Positions 1-9,560 of a stretch of DNA of 56,993 bases are shown here, piece by piece. A model generated the notes under the pieces. The model searched no databases and had not been told where the DNA came from. It was given only the letters and a program-made list of their open reading frames with translations. This DNA is from Eubacteriales bacterium. GTDB taxonomy: Bacteria; Bacillota; Clostridia; Oscillospirales; UBA644. Each line of letters begins with the position of its first letter. The stretch's first letter is position 1. The position numbers and the translations under genes are program-made. The stretch is taken from the NCBI GenBank assembly GCA_045542755.1, contig JAZQLP010000013.1, positions 1 to 56,993 on the forward strand. The letters run 5' to 3'.

Positions 1-27
1 AAATTACAAAAAAATTACAAAAGGGTA

Positions 28-56
28 TTGCATTTTGAAATCTTTTATGTTATAAT
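28..56 (+). promoter_or_regulatory. sigma-A type promoter of the large secreted-protein gene
   Basis: TTGCAT (28-33), 17-nt spacer, TGtTATAAT extended -10 (48-56). Two tandem 11-bp AAATTACAAAA A-tract repeats (1-22) lie just upstream. Confidence 0.6.
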
Positions 57-142
57 GTTCACACGGATGGTAGGGGTATCTATCTCTATTTATCCGGAAA
101 ATAATTATTTTTATTAAATTCCTTAAGGAGGAAAAGAAACCC

Positions 143-3100
143 ATGAAGAAGATTATTGCTTCTATCCTCGCGATAGCAATGGTTCTCTCTATGTTCACTA
201 TGGTTTTCTCTGCTAACACTGAAGAGCAGACTAACTATAGCGAATATGTAGAAGAAATCAATGATCTCATTGATACTCTTCTCGAAGTAGGTCCCATGAT
301 GCTCGTCGACAATATACTCTTCGACGCTAATAGAGCCGATGCGTATATTACCACCAATAGTAATCAGCGTATTGGCGTTGTTATGAACTTGGGCGGCGCA
401 GTTTGGAACTCTACTGTTTATTCCGACATCGCTCGTTATGACGACCGATTCGACGAAATCGTCGATTATTGGGATGATATGGACGAAGACGACGGTTATC
501 CTGACAAGATAAAAGACTATGAGTCTGGTAAACTTGTTGGTGAAGAACCTGTAGCTCCCGTATATCCCTACGGCGGCGTTGATCTTTCCAAACTCTTCCC
601 CGTAGAATCCGAGGCTGATTTCCTTGCTATTCTTGCTGAGTCTGATGCTATCAATGCAGTTGCTCAGGCTTGGGGTTACACCGACATTCTTGCCGCTGTA
701 AAAGCTCTTTACTATGCTGATGGTCAGACTAATGGTGAAACCACTACTGAACAGCTTGTAAACTGGAGCAGCGAACTTCCCCAGGAGATTAGAGAAAAGT
801 ACTTGAATTCTGCTGGCAAAAAGTTCTTAGAAGTTAAGAATGAATACGGCGATAAGATTCAGACTACTACTGACTCCATGAACGCTGTTATTGATTGGAT
901 CAAAGCAAACAACCGTACCGATCTTCTCCCCCAGAAGACAAACAGACCTGTTAAGGAAGTTGCTTATAGCGATACTCTCGAAGTATTCGATATGTTGATG
1001 GCTTACGTTACTTCCGCTGCTTACTTTGGCACCCATGCTGATGCTGATTGGTTCTCTGGTGAATTCAATCTTAGAAGAACCATTATCTACAAGACTGCTA
1101 TCCAGGCTGCCAAGGACTTTATTGCTGCTCTCAGAAGCATGGTAACCGCAGCAAACTGCCCCTATGCTGAAGAGCTCAAGCTTTACACCGACTTTGCTAA
1201 TGAAGTAAACAATAATGTAGCTTACAATGGCGAAGACGTTTACAACGCATCCTACGGTATCAATCCTTATCCCGTAGTTAACCTCAAGGCTGCTTACGGC
1301 ATCGAGTCCGAACTCGGTATCCTCGGTGGCTACCAGTGGTTCAGCTTTGCTGAAATCGCTGCTCATAGCGAAGAAGCTGCTCAGCTCCTTACCGAGCTCC
1401 AGTCTCAGCTCCGCGCTGCTTCCCTCTTTAACGTTAACGGCGTTCTTTACGCTGAATTCGAAGGCAAGGTAGAAGATCTTTATGCTACCTTTGAAGACCT
1501 CTGTTGGGAACTCGTAGGTCCCACTGAAGAAGAAATTGCTGCTAATGCATTTGATTATAAGGCTGCTCTTGCCGCTGTAATGGAACTTCTCCAGGTTGAG
1601 GCTCTTTACGAAGTTTACATTGAAGAAAACATTCCTCTCTACGCTCAGACCGTAGAAAACATCTCCACTATCTACAACCTCAGAGGTCAGATCGACTACG
1701 CTCGTAGACTTCTTGACCATGTAGGCTACGGCGATGGTAACAACGGTAACTTCTGGGTAGACGTTATTGCCGGTTTCCTTAAGGGAACTGCTGTAGAGAG
1801 CAAGAACGCTGCTGGCGAACAGATGCTCGTTTACTCTGTTGACGACGCTGACTATGACAGAGCTCTTAAGATTATGAACCCCTTCCAGAAGCTCAAGGGC
1901 CTTAGCGCTGATGCTATCCACGCTTTCGTTGACAATATCGAAGCTAACATCGCTGCTCTCGTTCCCGCTGCTGGTCAGAAGATCACTGCTGCTGAAGTTG
2001 CAGAAGGCCTTGCTCTTTACAAGAAGGCAGGCAACCTCCTCTCTTACTACAGCGAGTACACCACTGATAACCTTGGTATAGACCCCGAGGATAATAGCAA
2101 TATTATTCCTGGCTACGATACTCTTAAGGTTCTCTATACTCAGCTCAGCAACATGCTCCCCTCTAACGACGGTGTAGCTACTGCTGAACTTCCCCTCGAT
2201 ATCGTTTACCTCAGAGCATACCCCCAGGTTAACTATGATTATATCCATGCGATCTACGGTTGGGAATCCACTCACGATCAGTGGGGCTCTTACGAACTCA
2301 AGGCTTCTACCTTTGAATACGCTCTCGAGTTCACTCCTGTAGCTTACGCTTACCTCTCTCTCCTTCCCGAAGTAGAGGCTGCTATTGAGCTTATGGAAGC
2401 TTACATTGCTAAGAAGCTCAATACCGAAGCTCCCGATCTCGGCGGTTATCCCGTTGATGAACTCGTAGCTGCTATGGATAAGTACGATTTCCTTACCTAC
2501 AGAGCTATGTTCGTTGATGGCCTTGATGCTGACGACGACGACTGCAAACTTTACTTCTATCTCCTTACCGGTCACGGTACCGAAGCTACATTCGTTACCG
2601 GTCTCAACTCTGACGAAGCTTCCCATGAAAATGGCCAGTATGTTCAGGCTACCGACAAAAACGGTAATCCCGTATGGAAGGAAAGCTGGAACCAGACCCA
2701 GGGCAAGCACTACGTTCTTGATGAAAACGGCAACAAGATCCCCGTATACTCCAGCACTCCCGTTGTTGTTTACGACGTTGAATTCGGCGATGGTTCCTTC
2801 CTTGACATCGTTATGGGCGACCCCGTAAGCGAAGATGATCTCGCATACGACTACGCTGTAAGAAACTACGCTTACTTCTACTCTGTTTACGACTACATCA
2901 GAGACGTTTATGCTACCGAATGGCATGACGAACTTGGTGAGACTGGCGTTTATGTAGGTCACTATTTCAACAAGTACGAATACGCTAATGGCGACAAGCT
3001 CGACTTCTCCGGCGACTTCTCTATTCTTGACGTTACCGTTGGTACCAAGGAAGCTCTTATTAAGGAGCTCATTGCTGAACTCGAAGCTGCTGCTGCTCTC

Positions 3101-4822
3101 CTTTGCGTAAACGTTACCGACCGTATCGCTATGTTCCAGTGGGTAAACGAAGAACTCGCTGAAATCTTCGAACTCACCATTGATGGCGAAAAGGCTAATT
3201 ACATTATTAGCGAGCAGCCTAAGACCGAATACGGTAAAGCTGCTAACTACGTTGAAGGCGAACTCAAGAATCTTGCTGATGCTATGAGCGCTCTCAACAA
3301 GCTTATTGACAGATACTATCAGGTTAAGGTTAACGGTCAGTGGGTTGATTATACCAACAGAGCTACTCCCGCTCAGCTTGAAGCTGCTTACGAAGACGTT
3401 CAGGAAGTTCTTTACAAGCTCTTCACCGCTAAGGGTGCTGCTTGTCTCGACGTATTCTTTGCACAGATCGACCTTACTCTCACTGCTAAGGTTTACGGCA
3501 ACAAGAACAGCGTTAAGGACGTTCAGGATGCTCTCGACGCTCACGTTAGAAGCATTAAGAAGTACTTCCCCGCTGAATCTGAAATGAGACCTTACGAATA
3601 CTTCGCATGGACTCTCAGAGCTGTTGCTAACTATTCCGAAGCTGCTAACATCTACAGCCTCGACAACGATTACTTCTACATCAACTTCTACAAGGCATTC
3701 GATAAGGCTGTTAACGGTGTTAACGCTATCGTTACCGGTCAGTATCCCACTGCTCTTAGAGAAGATGCTGCTAAGCTCGCATTCTTTGCTAACGACATTC
3801 GTGATGGTGTTGCTGAAGGCACATTCCCCCTCGTTCTCAATCCTCTTACCGGTAAGATGGAACCCCTTAACTGGAACGCTTACAACATGCCTCTCTGGTA
3901 TGCTCTTGAGCTCACTACTTACCTCTCTAACTACGTAGCTGTAGCTGCTGAACAGCACTCTTCTGCTCTCAACGCTCTTAAGGCTGAAGTTCTTGCTCCT
4001 GTAATGGAAGAAGCTGAAACCATTCAGACTGCATTCCTTGCAGCTCCCGGCAGACTTGTAAGAGCTTATGAAACTGCTGAAGTTGTAATGGCTAACTACA
4101 AGGATGGCGCTCTCTACATCTACACTGCTGAAGAAATTCAGGCTGCTGCTGATGCTCTCGCTGCTACCGTTGAACTCGCTAAGGCTGAACTCGGCGACGC
4201 TGTTTACACCGTTGAAGACGTTCTTGCTCTTGTTGATGAGATCGTAGCTACTGCTGAAGCTCGCGCTACTGGCCTCGCTGTTGATCTTAAGGATCTCCGC
4301 GTTGCTGCTAACGAAACTAAGACTGATATTGCTGCAGGTGCATACAACCAGGGTAACTACATTTCCAAGCTTGTTGTTTCTGCAAACTCCATCCTCAAGT
4401 CTCTTGCTAACGTTAAACTTGCTGATGCAGAACTTTACACTCCCGCTTCCTACGAAGCATACGAAGCTGCTTACAACACCCTTATGGATGCTGTAAACGT
4501 TGAAACTGAAGTAGACGTTACTATTGCTGAAGCTCTCGCTGCTTTCAAGGCTGCTGAAGCTGCTCTCGTAACCATCGAGTCTGCTACCGGCGCTATGTAT
4601 GAAGCTGCTAAGGCTGCATACGAAGCTGCTCTTACCGTTGACGGTTCCAAGTACACTGCTGAGTCCTACGCTGCTTTCGAAGCTGCTGTAGCTGCCCTCA
4701 AGGCTGCTATTGACAACTACGCTGGCGACGCTGAACTCCAGGCTGCTATCGTAAACGTTAAGGTTGCTGAAGTACAGCTCGTTGTTGCTCCCATCGACGA
4801 AGTTGGTACTCTCGACGACTAA
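143..4822 (+). CDS. very large secreted acidic Ala/Tyr/Glu-rich protein, function unknown (1,559 aa)
   Basis: AAGGAGG at 125-131. Sec-type signal peptide MKKIIASILAIAMVLSMFTMVFSA|NTEEQ. Uninterrupted 1,559-codon ORF with very narrow codon choice. C-terminal Y-T-x-x-S-Y-x-A-[YF]-E-A-A helical repeats. No LPXTG, SLH, dockerin or LysM motif seen by eye. Confidence 0.9.
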   Translation: MKKIIASILAIAMVLSMFTMVFSANTEEQTNYSEYVEEINDLIDTLLEVGPMMLVDNILFDANRADAYITTNSNQRIGVVMNLGGAVWNSTVYSDIARYDDRFDEIVDYWDDMDEDDGYPDKIKDYESGKLVGEEPVAPVYPYGGVDLSKLFPVESEADFLAILAESDAINAVAQAWGYTDILAAVKALYYADGQTNGETTTEQLVNWSSELPQEIREKYLNSAGKKFLEVKNEYGDKIQTTTDSMNAVIDWIKANNRTDLLPQKTNRPVKEVAYSDTLEVFDMLMAYVTSAAYFGTHADADWFSGEFNLRRTIIYKTAIQAAKDFIAALRSMVTAANCPYAEELKLYTDFANEVNNNVAYNGEDVYNASYGINPYPVVNLKAAYGIESELGILGGYQWFSFAEIAAHSEEAAQLLTELQSQLRAASLFNVNGVLYAEFEGKVEDLYATFEDLCWELVGPTEEEIAANAFDYKAALAAVMELLQVEALYEVYIEENIPLYAQTVENISTIYNLRGQIDYARRLLDHVGYGDGNNGNFWVDVIAGFLKGTAVESKNAAGEQMLVYSVDDADYDRALKIMNPFQKLKGLSADAIHAFVDNIEANIAALVPAAGQKITAAEVAEGLALYKKAGNLLSYYSEYTTDNLGIDPEDNSNIIPGYDTLKVLYTQLSNMLPSNDGVATAELPLDIVYLRAYPQVNYDYIHAIYGWESTHDQWGSYELKASTFEYALEFTPVAYAYLSLLPEVEAAIELMEAYIAKKLNTEAPDLGGYPVDELVAAMDKYDFLTYRAMFVDGLDADDDDCKLYFYLLTGHGTEATFVTGLNSDEASHENGQYVQATDKNGNPVWKESWNQTQGKHYVLDENGNKIPVYSSTPVVVYDVEFGDGSFLDIVMGDPVSEDDLAYDYAVRNYAYFYSVYDYIRDVYATEWHDELGETGVYVGHYFNKYEYANGDKLDFSGDFSILDVTVGTKEALIKELIAELEAAAALLCVNVTDRIAMFQWVNEELAEIFELTIDGEKANYIISEQPKTEYGKAANYVEGELKNLADAMSALNKLIDRYYQVKVNGQWVDYTNRATPAQLEAAYEDVQEVLYKLFTAKGAACLDVFFAQIDLTLTAKVYGNKNSVKDVQDALDAHVRSIKKYFPAESEMRPYEYFAWTLRAVANYSEAANIYSLDNDYFYINFYKAFDKAVNGVNAIVTGQYPTALREDAAKLAFFANDIRDGVAEGTFPLVLNPLTGKMEPLNWNAYNMPLWYALELTTYLSNYVAVAAEQHSSALNALKAEVLAPVMEEAETIQTAFLAAPGRLVRAYETAEVVMANYKDGALYIYTAEEIQAAADALAATVELAKAELGDAVYTVEDVLALVDEIVATAEARATGLAVDLKDLRVAANETKTDIAAGAYNQGNYISKLVVSANSILKSLANVKLADAELYTPASYEAYEAAYNTLMDAVNVETEVDVTIAEALAAFKAAEAALVTIESATGAMYEAAKAAYEAALTVDGSKYTAESYAAFEAAVAALKAAIDNYAGDAELQAAIVNVKVAEVQLVVAPIDEVGTLDD

Positions 4823-4855
4823 TCTAAAGATTAACATCTTAAGATAAAAAGATTT

Positions 4856-4889
4856 GCCCCGCCGTGCAAACGGCGGGGCATTCTTTTTT
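4856..4889 (+). terminator. rho-independent terminator
   Basis: GCCCCGCCG (4856-4864) / CGGCGGGGC (4871-4879) 9-bp GC stem, 6-nt loop, followed by ATTCTTTTTT. Confidence 0.85.
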
Positions 4890-4898
4890 AGAAAAATG

Positions 4899-4940
4899 GT
4901 GGTCTCTTGCAATTTGTTAAAAGAGACCACTATTTTATTT
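4899..4940 (+). terminator. second tandem terminator hairpin
   Basis: GTGGTCTCTT (4899-4908) / AAGAGACCAC (4921-4930) 10-bp stem followed by TATTTTATTT. Confidence 0.6.
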
Positions 4941-4981
4941 GTTTAAAAAGCAAAAAAAATCTGCCAATATTATCAGTCCTA

Positions 4982-5010
4982 TTGATTTTTTATATAAAGT
5001 ATGTTATAAT
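4982..5010 (+). promoter_or_regulatory. candidate promoter of the mre operon
   Basis: TTGATT (4982-4987), 17-nt spacer, TGtTATAAT (5002-5010). Confidence 0.55.
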
Positions 5011-5097
5011 TAACTGATATAGTATGGGGTAATGTACCCTATGCAGGATTTTTGTAAAAACACACCCATTAACACACTCACTTATAGGGGAAAAATT

Positions 5098-6093
5098 ATG
5101 AACGATTACGGCGTTGACCTTGGTACTGTAAATACCCTTATCTACAAGAAAAACAAGGGCGTACTTATAAACGAGCCCTCCATTCTGGCGGTGGATACTC
5201 TTAACAGTAAGACCATTGCCGTAGGCAGAGAAGCCAAGTCCATGCTTGGCAGAGTGCCCAATACAATATCCGTGGACTATACCATACAGGACGGCGTTAT
5301 ATCCAGCTACGAAAAGGCATCTACTATGCTTCGTACTTATATGAAAAGAATATCTCAGACCACCTTTGGCGGAACGAGAATGATGATGTCTATACCTTGC
5401 CGTGCTACGGCGGTGGAGAGAAGGGCTGTTGAAGACGTGGCCTATGCCACTCATGCAAAGAAAGTTTTTCTTATTGAAGAACCTCTTGCTGCGGCTATCG
5501 GCGCAGGACTGCCCATATTTGAGCCCAAGGGGCATATGGTTGTTGACCTTGGCGGCGGCACTACTGAGATTGCCGTAATATCCATGGGTGGTGTTGTTGC
5601 GTACAACTCCTTGAGCCACGCGGGTAATTCTCTTGATCGAGAAATAATAAACCTTATAAAGCGCGACCATAACGTGCTTATCGGAGAGCCTACGGCAGAG
5701 CAGTTGAAAATAAAGCTCGCAAACATTGAAGAATACAGTACTATGGACTTTATGACCGTCAGTGGTCGTGACCTTACAAGGGGGCTCCCTGTAAATATCG
5801 CCGTGTCTTCCGATGACGTGAAAGATGCCATAATGCCCTCTGTTCACAGTATAATAGATGGTATAAAATATACTCTTGAGCATATCGACCCTGAGCTTTC
5901 GGCAGACATTATCGCCAACGGTATAGTTCTTACCGGCGGTACTGCTCTTATTAAGGGCTGGCCCGAAATAATATACAACACAATCGGCGTTAACGTTGAA
6001 GTTGCCCCCCTCCCCATGGAGTGCGTTGCTATGGGCGCAGGTTCTGCCCTTGATATGCTTGACGAACTCAAAAAGTATAACTCTCTGGTGTAA
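5098..6093 (+). CDS. mreB: rod shape-determining actin homologue MreB
   Basis: DLGTVNT and VVDLGGGTTEIAV phosphate-binding motifs. Followed by mreC and mreD. Start moved to ATG 5098 (MNDYGVDLGT), which has an AGGGG SD; the ORF-track start at 5032 adds a non-conserved extension. Confidence 0.93.
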   Translation: MNDYGVDLGTVNTLIYKKNKGVLINEPSILAVDTLNSKTIAVGREAKSMLGRVPNTISVDYTIQDGVISSYEKASTMLRTYMKRISQTTFGGTRMMMSIPCRATAVERRAVEDVAYATHAKKVFLIEEPLAAAIGAGLPIFEPKGHMVVDLGGGTTEIAVISMGGVVAYNSLSHAGNSLDREIINLIKRDHNVLIGEPTAEQLKIKLANIEEYSTMDFMTVSGRDLTRGLPVNIAVSSDDVKDAIMPSVHSIIDGIKYTLEHIDPELSADIIANGIVLTGGTALIKGWPEIIYNTIGVNVEVAPLPMECVAMGAGSALDMLDELKKYNSLV

Positions 6094-6130
6094 CCTTCAT
6101 CAATAAACCTCGGAAAGGACGGAAATCGGT

Positions 6131-6976
6131 ATGAGAAGATTCTTTGGCAGCAGATTTTTTGTAATTATGCTGATTATCGTGCTGTTCCTTTGCGGATTTA
6201 TGATAAATATGATAGCTGACGGCGGTTCCACCCCTCCCAAAACTCTGGTTGGGTTGGTGATTACCCCCGTACAGACCTTCTTTAAGAATGTTTCGGATGG
6301 GGTAGAGGATTTTTTCAATACCTTTTCTGAATACGACAACCTGAAAGAGGAAAACGAAAGACTTCGGTTGCAGGTCAAAGAGCTTGAGGACAAGCTTAAC
6401 GCATCTTCAGTCTATGCCATAGAAAATCAGAAACTGAAGGATCTCTTGGGAATTAAGGAAATACATCCCGATTACGAGTACGTTTACGCCGATATAGTTT
6501 CAATTAGTACAGGCGGATTTGTTTCTAAGTTCCAGATAAACAGGGGCTCCACCTCGGGTGTGAAAAAGAAGGACATAGTAATCACCTCCGAAGGATTGGT
6601 TGGGTACGTATCTTCCGTAAGCCCTTATTGCGCGGACGTGACCACCATACTCAATACAAACGTTTCGGTTGGCGCCAAAATCACCCGCACGGGAGATATG
6701 GCAATGACCGAAGGCTCTCTCGAGCAGATGACAAAGGGTAATCTGACTCTTGTATATATACCTAAAAACTCTAACATAACCAGAGGCGATGCCGTGTATA
6801 CATCCGGCCTCAACGGTACCTATCCCGCAGATATCAGGATAGGTAAGATAATTGATATAGAGATAGAGGATAACGGGCTCTCCCAATACGCTGTTGTAGA
6901 AGCGGCGGTGGATTTTTCCGAGCTTAAGAGCGTGTACGTTATAACGAACCGTTCCGATGAGGTCGAAAATGACTAA
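6131..6976 (+). CDS. mreC: rod shape-determining protein MreC
   Basis: N-terminal TM helix, coiled-coil NLKEENERLRLQVKELEDKL, beta-rich C-terminal domain. Position between mreB and mreD. Confidence 0.85.
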   Translation: MRRFFGSRFFVIMLIIVLFLCGFMINMIADGGSTPPKTLVGLVITPVQTFFKNVSDGVEDFFNTFSEYDNLKEENERLRLQVKELEDKLNASSVYAIENQKLKDLLGIKEIHPDYEYVYADIVSISTGGFVSKFQINRGSTSGVKKKDIVITSEGLVGYVSSVSPYCADVTTILNTNVSVGAKITRTGDMAMTEGSLEQMTKGNLTLVYIPKNSNITRGDAVYTSGLNGTYPADIRIGKIIDIEIEDNGLSQYAVVEAAVDFSELKSVYVITNRSDEVEND

Positions 6977-7493
6977 AAAATACTTTGTTTATCCTATTTT
7001 TCTTATAATTTTTTATATACTGCAGTACATTGCGGTACCCCTTTCTTATAACGGCGTTGCGCCTGATCTCATACTGATTCTTGTAGTCGTTGCGGGAATA
7101 AGGGAGAGTGAAAAGTTTGCCGCAGTCCTGGGACTTATAGGGGGCTTGCTCGTCGACTATACCTCAGGCGTTGCTTTTGGGCTTCGTGGGATTATCTTTA
7201 TGCTTATGGGATATTTTCTCGCAATACTGGCCTCAGAGGCACTTTCTCCCAACATTCTCTCCGCTACCGTGTCGGGAATAGCCGCATATATTTTGACCCG
7301 ACTGATTTATTGGGGTGAATATCTTGTTGTAATGGGTGGGTTTTCCGTTAAGGAGATGTTCCTTTCTGTAACCCTGCCGGAGATTATACTGACACTTCCG
7401 TTTATACCTCTTGTTTATGCTATTGTGGCCTTGCTAATGGGGAAAAGAAGTTCTGACGACTCCCGTGCAAGACGTTCTCGCGGAGCTATATAG
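6969..7493 (+). CDS. mreD: rod shape-determining protein MreD
   Basis: Small polytopic hydrophobic protein directly after mreC. ATG 6969 has a GAGGT SD 5 nt upstream and overlaps the mreC stop; ATG 6957 is an alternative start. Confidence 0.75.
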   Translation: MTKKYFVYPIFLIIFYILQYIAVPLSYNGVAPDLILILVVVAGIRESEKFAAVLGLIGGLLVDYTSGVAFGLRGIIFMLMGYFLAILASEALSPNILSATVSGIAAYILTRLIYWGEYLVVMGGFSVKEMFLSVTLPEIILTLPFIPLVYAIVALLMGKRSSDDSRARRSRGAI

Positions 7494-7529
7494 AGCGCAA
7501 GCACCGTAAACGGTGATATGGAGATTAAA

Positions 7530-9560
7530 ATGATAGAAAAAAAGATGCGAGTGGCGATCATAAGCATTATTTTTGCCGCCATATTCGGGATATTTGTTTT
7601 AAGATTGATAAATCTCCAGCTTGTAAACGGAGAGGAGTATCTTAAACAATCTCAATCAAGCGTTGTCAGAAAGGTATCCGTTACCGCCCCGAGAGGGGAG
7701 ATACTTGACAGAAATTTTCTTCCTATAGTTACCAACAAATCCGCTTTTGCGGTAAATATAAATACCACCCTTTCTGAGGATCTTAACAAGGAAATCCTCA
7801 CGCTAATAAATATCTTTGACGCCCACGACCAGGAATATATTGATACCTTCCCCATATCGGAGGCACAGCCTTACGTCTTTGACAGTGATATGTTCGGAAG
7901 CGAAAATGCAAAAAAGAGCTTTGACACATATCTGAAAAGGGCAAAGGTGTCCACTGCCGATACTGCCGACGAGGTAATGGCTGCGTTGGTAAAATACTAT
8001 AAGCTTGGCAGTTACTCCGAAGAAGAGGCAAGAAAAATAATAGCCGTAAGGTACGAAATATACCTGCGAGCAGAGAGCTTTCAGTTTACCTTTGCAGAGG
8101 ATATAAACCTCAGCACTGCCACGGCTGTAAGAGAAAACAGCCAGGAACTGCCCGGCGTATACCTTGAGGAGATTCCCGTAAGATATTATACCGAAGAGTA
8201 TTTTGCCTCTCACATAATCGGCTACGTGGGTAAGATATTCGCCGAGGAATACTCCACCTACAAGGAACTTGGCTACGGTATGAACGATATCGTAGGTAAG
8301 GAAGGTATAGAGAAGGTTTACGAGAGTTATCTAAAGGGTACTGACGGTTATAGATATACCGTTACCGATCTTTCCGGAGCTACTGTTGAGGTAGTTGAAA
8401 ATATCGACCCCAAAATAGGTAACGACGTGGTTCTTACCATTGATACCAATATGCAAAAGATCCTTGAAAAGGGTCTGGCTCACCTTGTGGAAGTTCTGAA
8501 GGCTCAGAACGGGGAAGATGCTGCAAATTCCGCCTCCGGAGTCTTTATGGAAATTTCAACGGGCGAGATTTTGGCTATGGCGTCCTATCCTACCTACAAT
8601 CTTGGGACCTACAACGCCGACTATGCGGAGAACGCTAAAAACGAAGGCAAACCTTTCCTTAACAGATCAATAGCAGGGCTGTTCCCCCTCGGCTCTACTT
8701 ATAAAATGGTAGCTTCTGTAGCAGGACTTGAAGAGGGTCTTATAAATGCCAAATCCTCCATTGTCTGTGAGGGCATATACGAGTATTATACTGACTATAC
8801 CCCTGTGTGCTTTAACTCCACTGCTCACGGAAAGGTTACCGTACAGACGGCGCTCAAGCATTCCTGCAACGTGTTTTTCTATGATACGGGCAGACAGCTT
8901 GGTATAGATACTCTTAATTATTACGCAAAGATGCTTGGTTTTGGCCAAAAACTCGGTATTGAGCTTCCCGGTGAAAGAGCAGGTATTGTTGCTGGCAGAG
9001 AATACAGAGAATCGAAAGGACAGACCTGGGCGCCCCAGGAGACCCTTACCGCAGTAATCGGCCAGTCTGATAATTCCGGTACACCTCTGCAGCTCTGCAA
9101 CTACGTCGCCACCATAGCAAACGGCGGCAAGCTTATGGAAACTCACCTTGTAAAGAGTATAAGAAACAATCAGACCGGTGAGAGCGTTTACGAGGCCGTT
9201 CCTACGGTAATAAGCGACCTTGAGCTTTCCGATTACACCGTAAAGACCATTATCGATGGAATGGTTATGGTTACAGAGCAAAAGGGTACTGCTTATTCGG
9301 GATTTAAGGGATTTGAAGAGGTTGTACAGGTTGCTGTAAAGACTGGTACCGCTGAAATGCCCACTGGACAGCCTACTGCACTTCTCGTAGGTGTGGCTCC
9401 TGCTGACGATCCTGTTATAGCCTTTTCAATAGTGGTTGAAAACGGTGGCCTTAACGCTACTACAAGTATAGCTCAGTGTGTAAAAGACGTGCTGCTGTAT
9501 TATTTTGAAGATATGGGCGGCAGTGATATTATAAAAAACGAAGGTACGTTAGTGCCTTAA
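7530..9560 (+). CDS. mrdA: penicillin-binding protein 2 (elongation transpeptidase)
   Basis: N-terminal TM anchor. SxxK (GSTYK), SxN (SCN) and KTG (KTGTAE) motifs. Position after mreBCD. Start at ATG 7530 (GGAG SD 6 nt upstream) or ATG 7518. Confidence 0.88.
   Translation: MIEKKMRVAIISIIFAAIFGIFVLRLINLQLVNGEEYLKQSQSSVVRKVSVTAPRGEILDRNFLPIVTNKSAFAVNINTTLSEDLNKEILTLINIFDAHDQEYIDTFPISEAQPYVFDSDMFGSENAKKSFDTYLKRAKVSTADTADEVMAALVKYYKLGSYSEEEARKIIAVRYEIYLRAESFQFTFAEDINLSTATAVRENSQELPGVYLEEIPVRYYTEEYFASHIIGYVGKIFAEEYSTYKELGYGMNDIVGKEGIEKVYESYLKGTDGYRYTVTDLSGATVEVVENIDPKIGNDVVLTIDTNMQKILEKGLAHLVEVLKAQNGEDAANSASGVFMEISTGEILAMASYPTYNLGTYNADYAENAKNEGKPFLNRSIAGLFPLGSTYKMVASVAGLEEGLINAKSSIVCEGIYEYYTDYTPVCFNSTAHGKVTVQTALKHSCNVFFYDTGRQLGIDTLNYYAKMLGFGQKLGIELPGERAGIVAGREYRESKGQTWAPQETLTAVIGQSDNSGTPLQLCNYVATIANGGKLMETHLVKSIRNNQTGESVYEAVPTVISDLELSDYTVKTIIDGMVMVTEQKGTAYSGFKGFEEVVQVAVKTGTAEMPTGQPTALLVGVAPADDPVIAFSIVVENGGLNATTSIAQCVKDVLLYYFEDMGGSDIIKNEGTLVP

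Noticed and set aside
827-4930. 1,367-aa ORF antisense to the large secreted-protein gene
   Set aside because: It is in exact codon register with the sense gene and stays open only because the sense gene avoids TTA/CTA/TCA. Its translation is low-complexity (Ser/Val/Asn/Phe/Glu-rich). Its start lies inside the terminator hairpins and has no SD. The sense frame has a signal peptide, an SD and a promoter.
5032-5097. N-terminal extensions implied by the ORF-track starts of mreB (5032), murA (42226), the MBL genes (28868, 40803), hisS (10925), aspS (12231) and the sigma factor (23947)
   Set aside because: Downstream ATG codons have better SD sequences and give N-termini that match the conserved family starts. 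The longer versions overlap neighbouring genes or begin at TTG or GTG without an SD.
4990-5883. 297-aa ORF antisense to mreB; similar cases at 9723-10367 (minD), 23214-23963 (pepP), 33038-33568 (recJ), 41381-42058 (murA) and 51016-51678 (rnfE)
   Set aside because: Each overlaps a confidently identified gene on the other strand. All but the rnfE case are in codon register with the real gene. None shows recognisable motifs.
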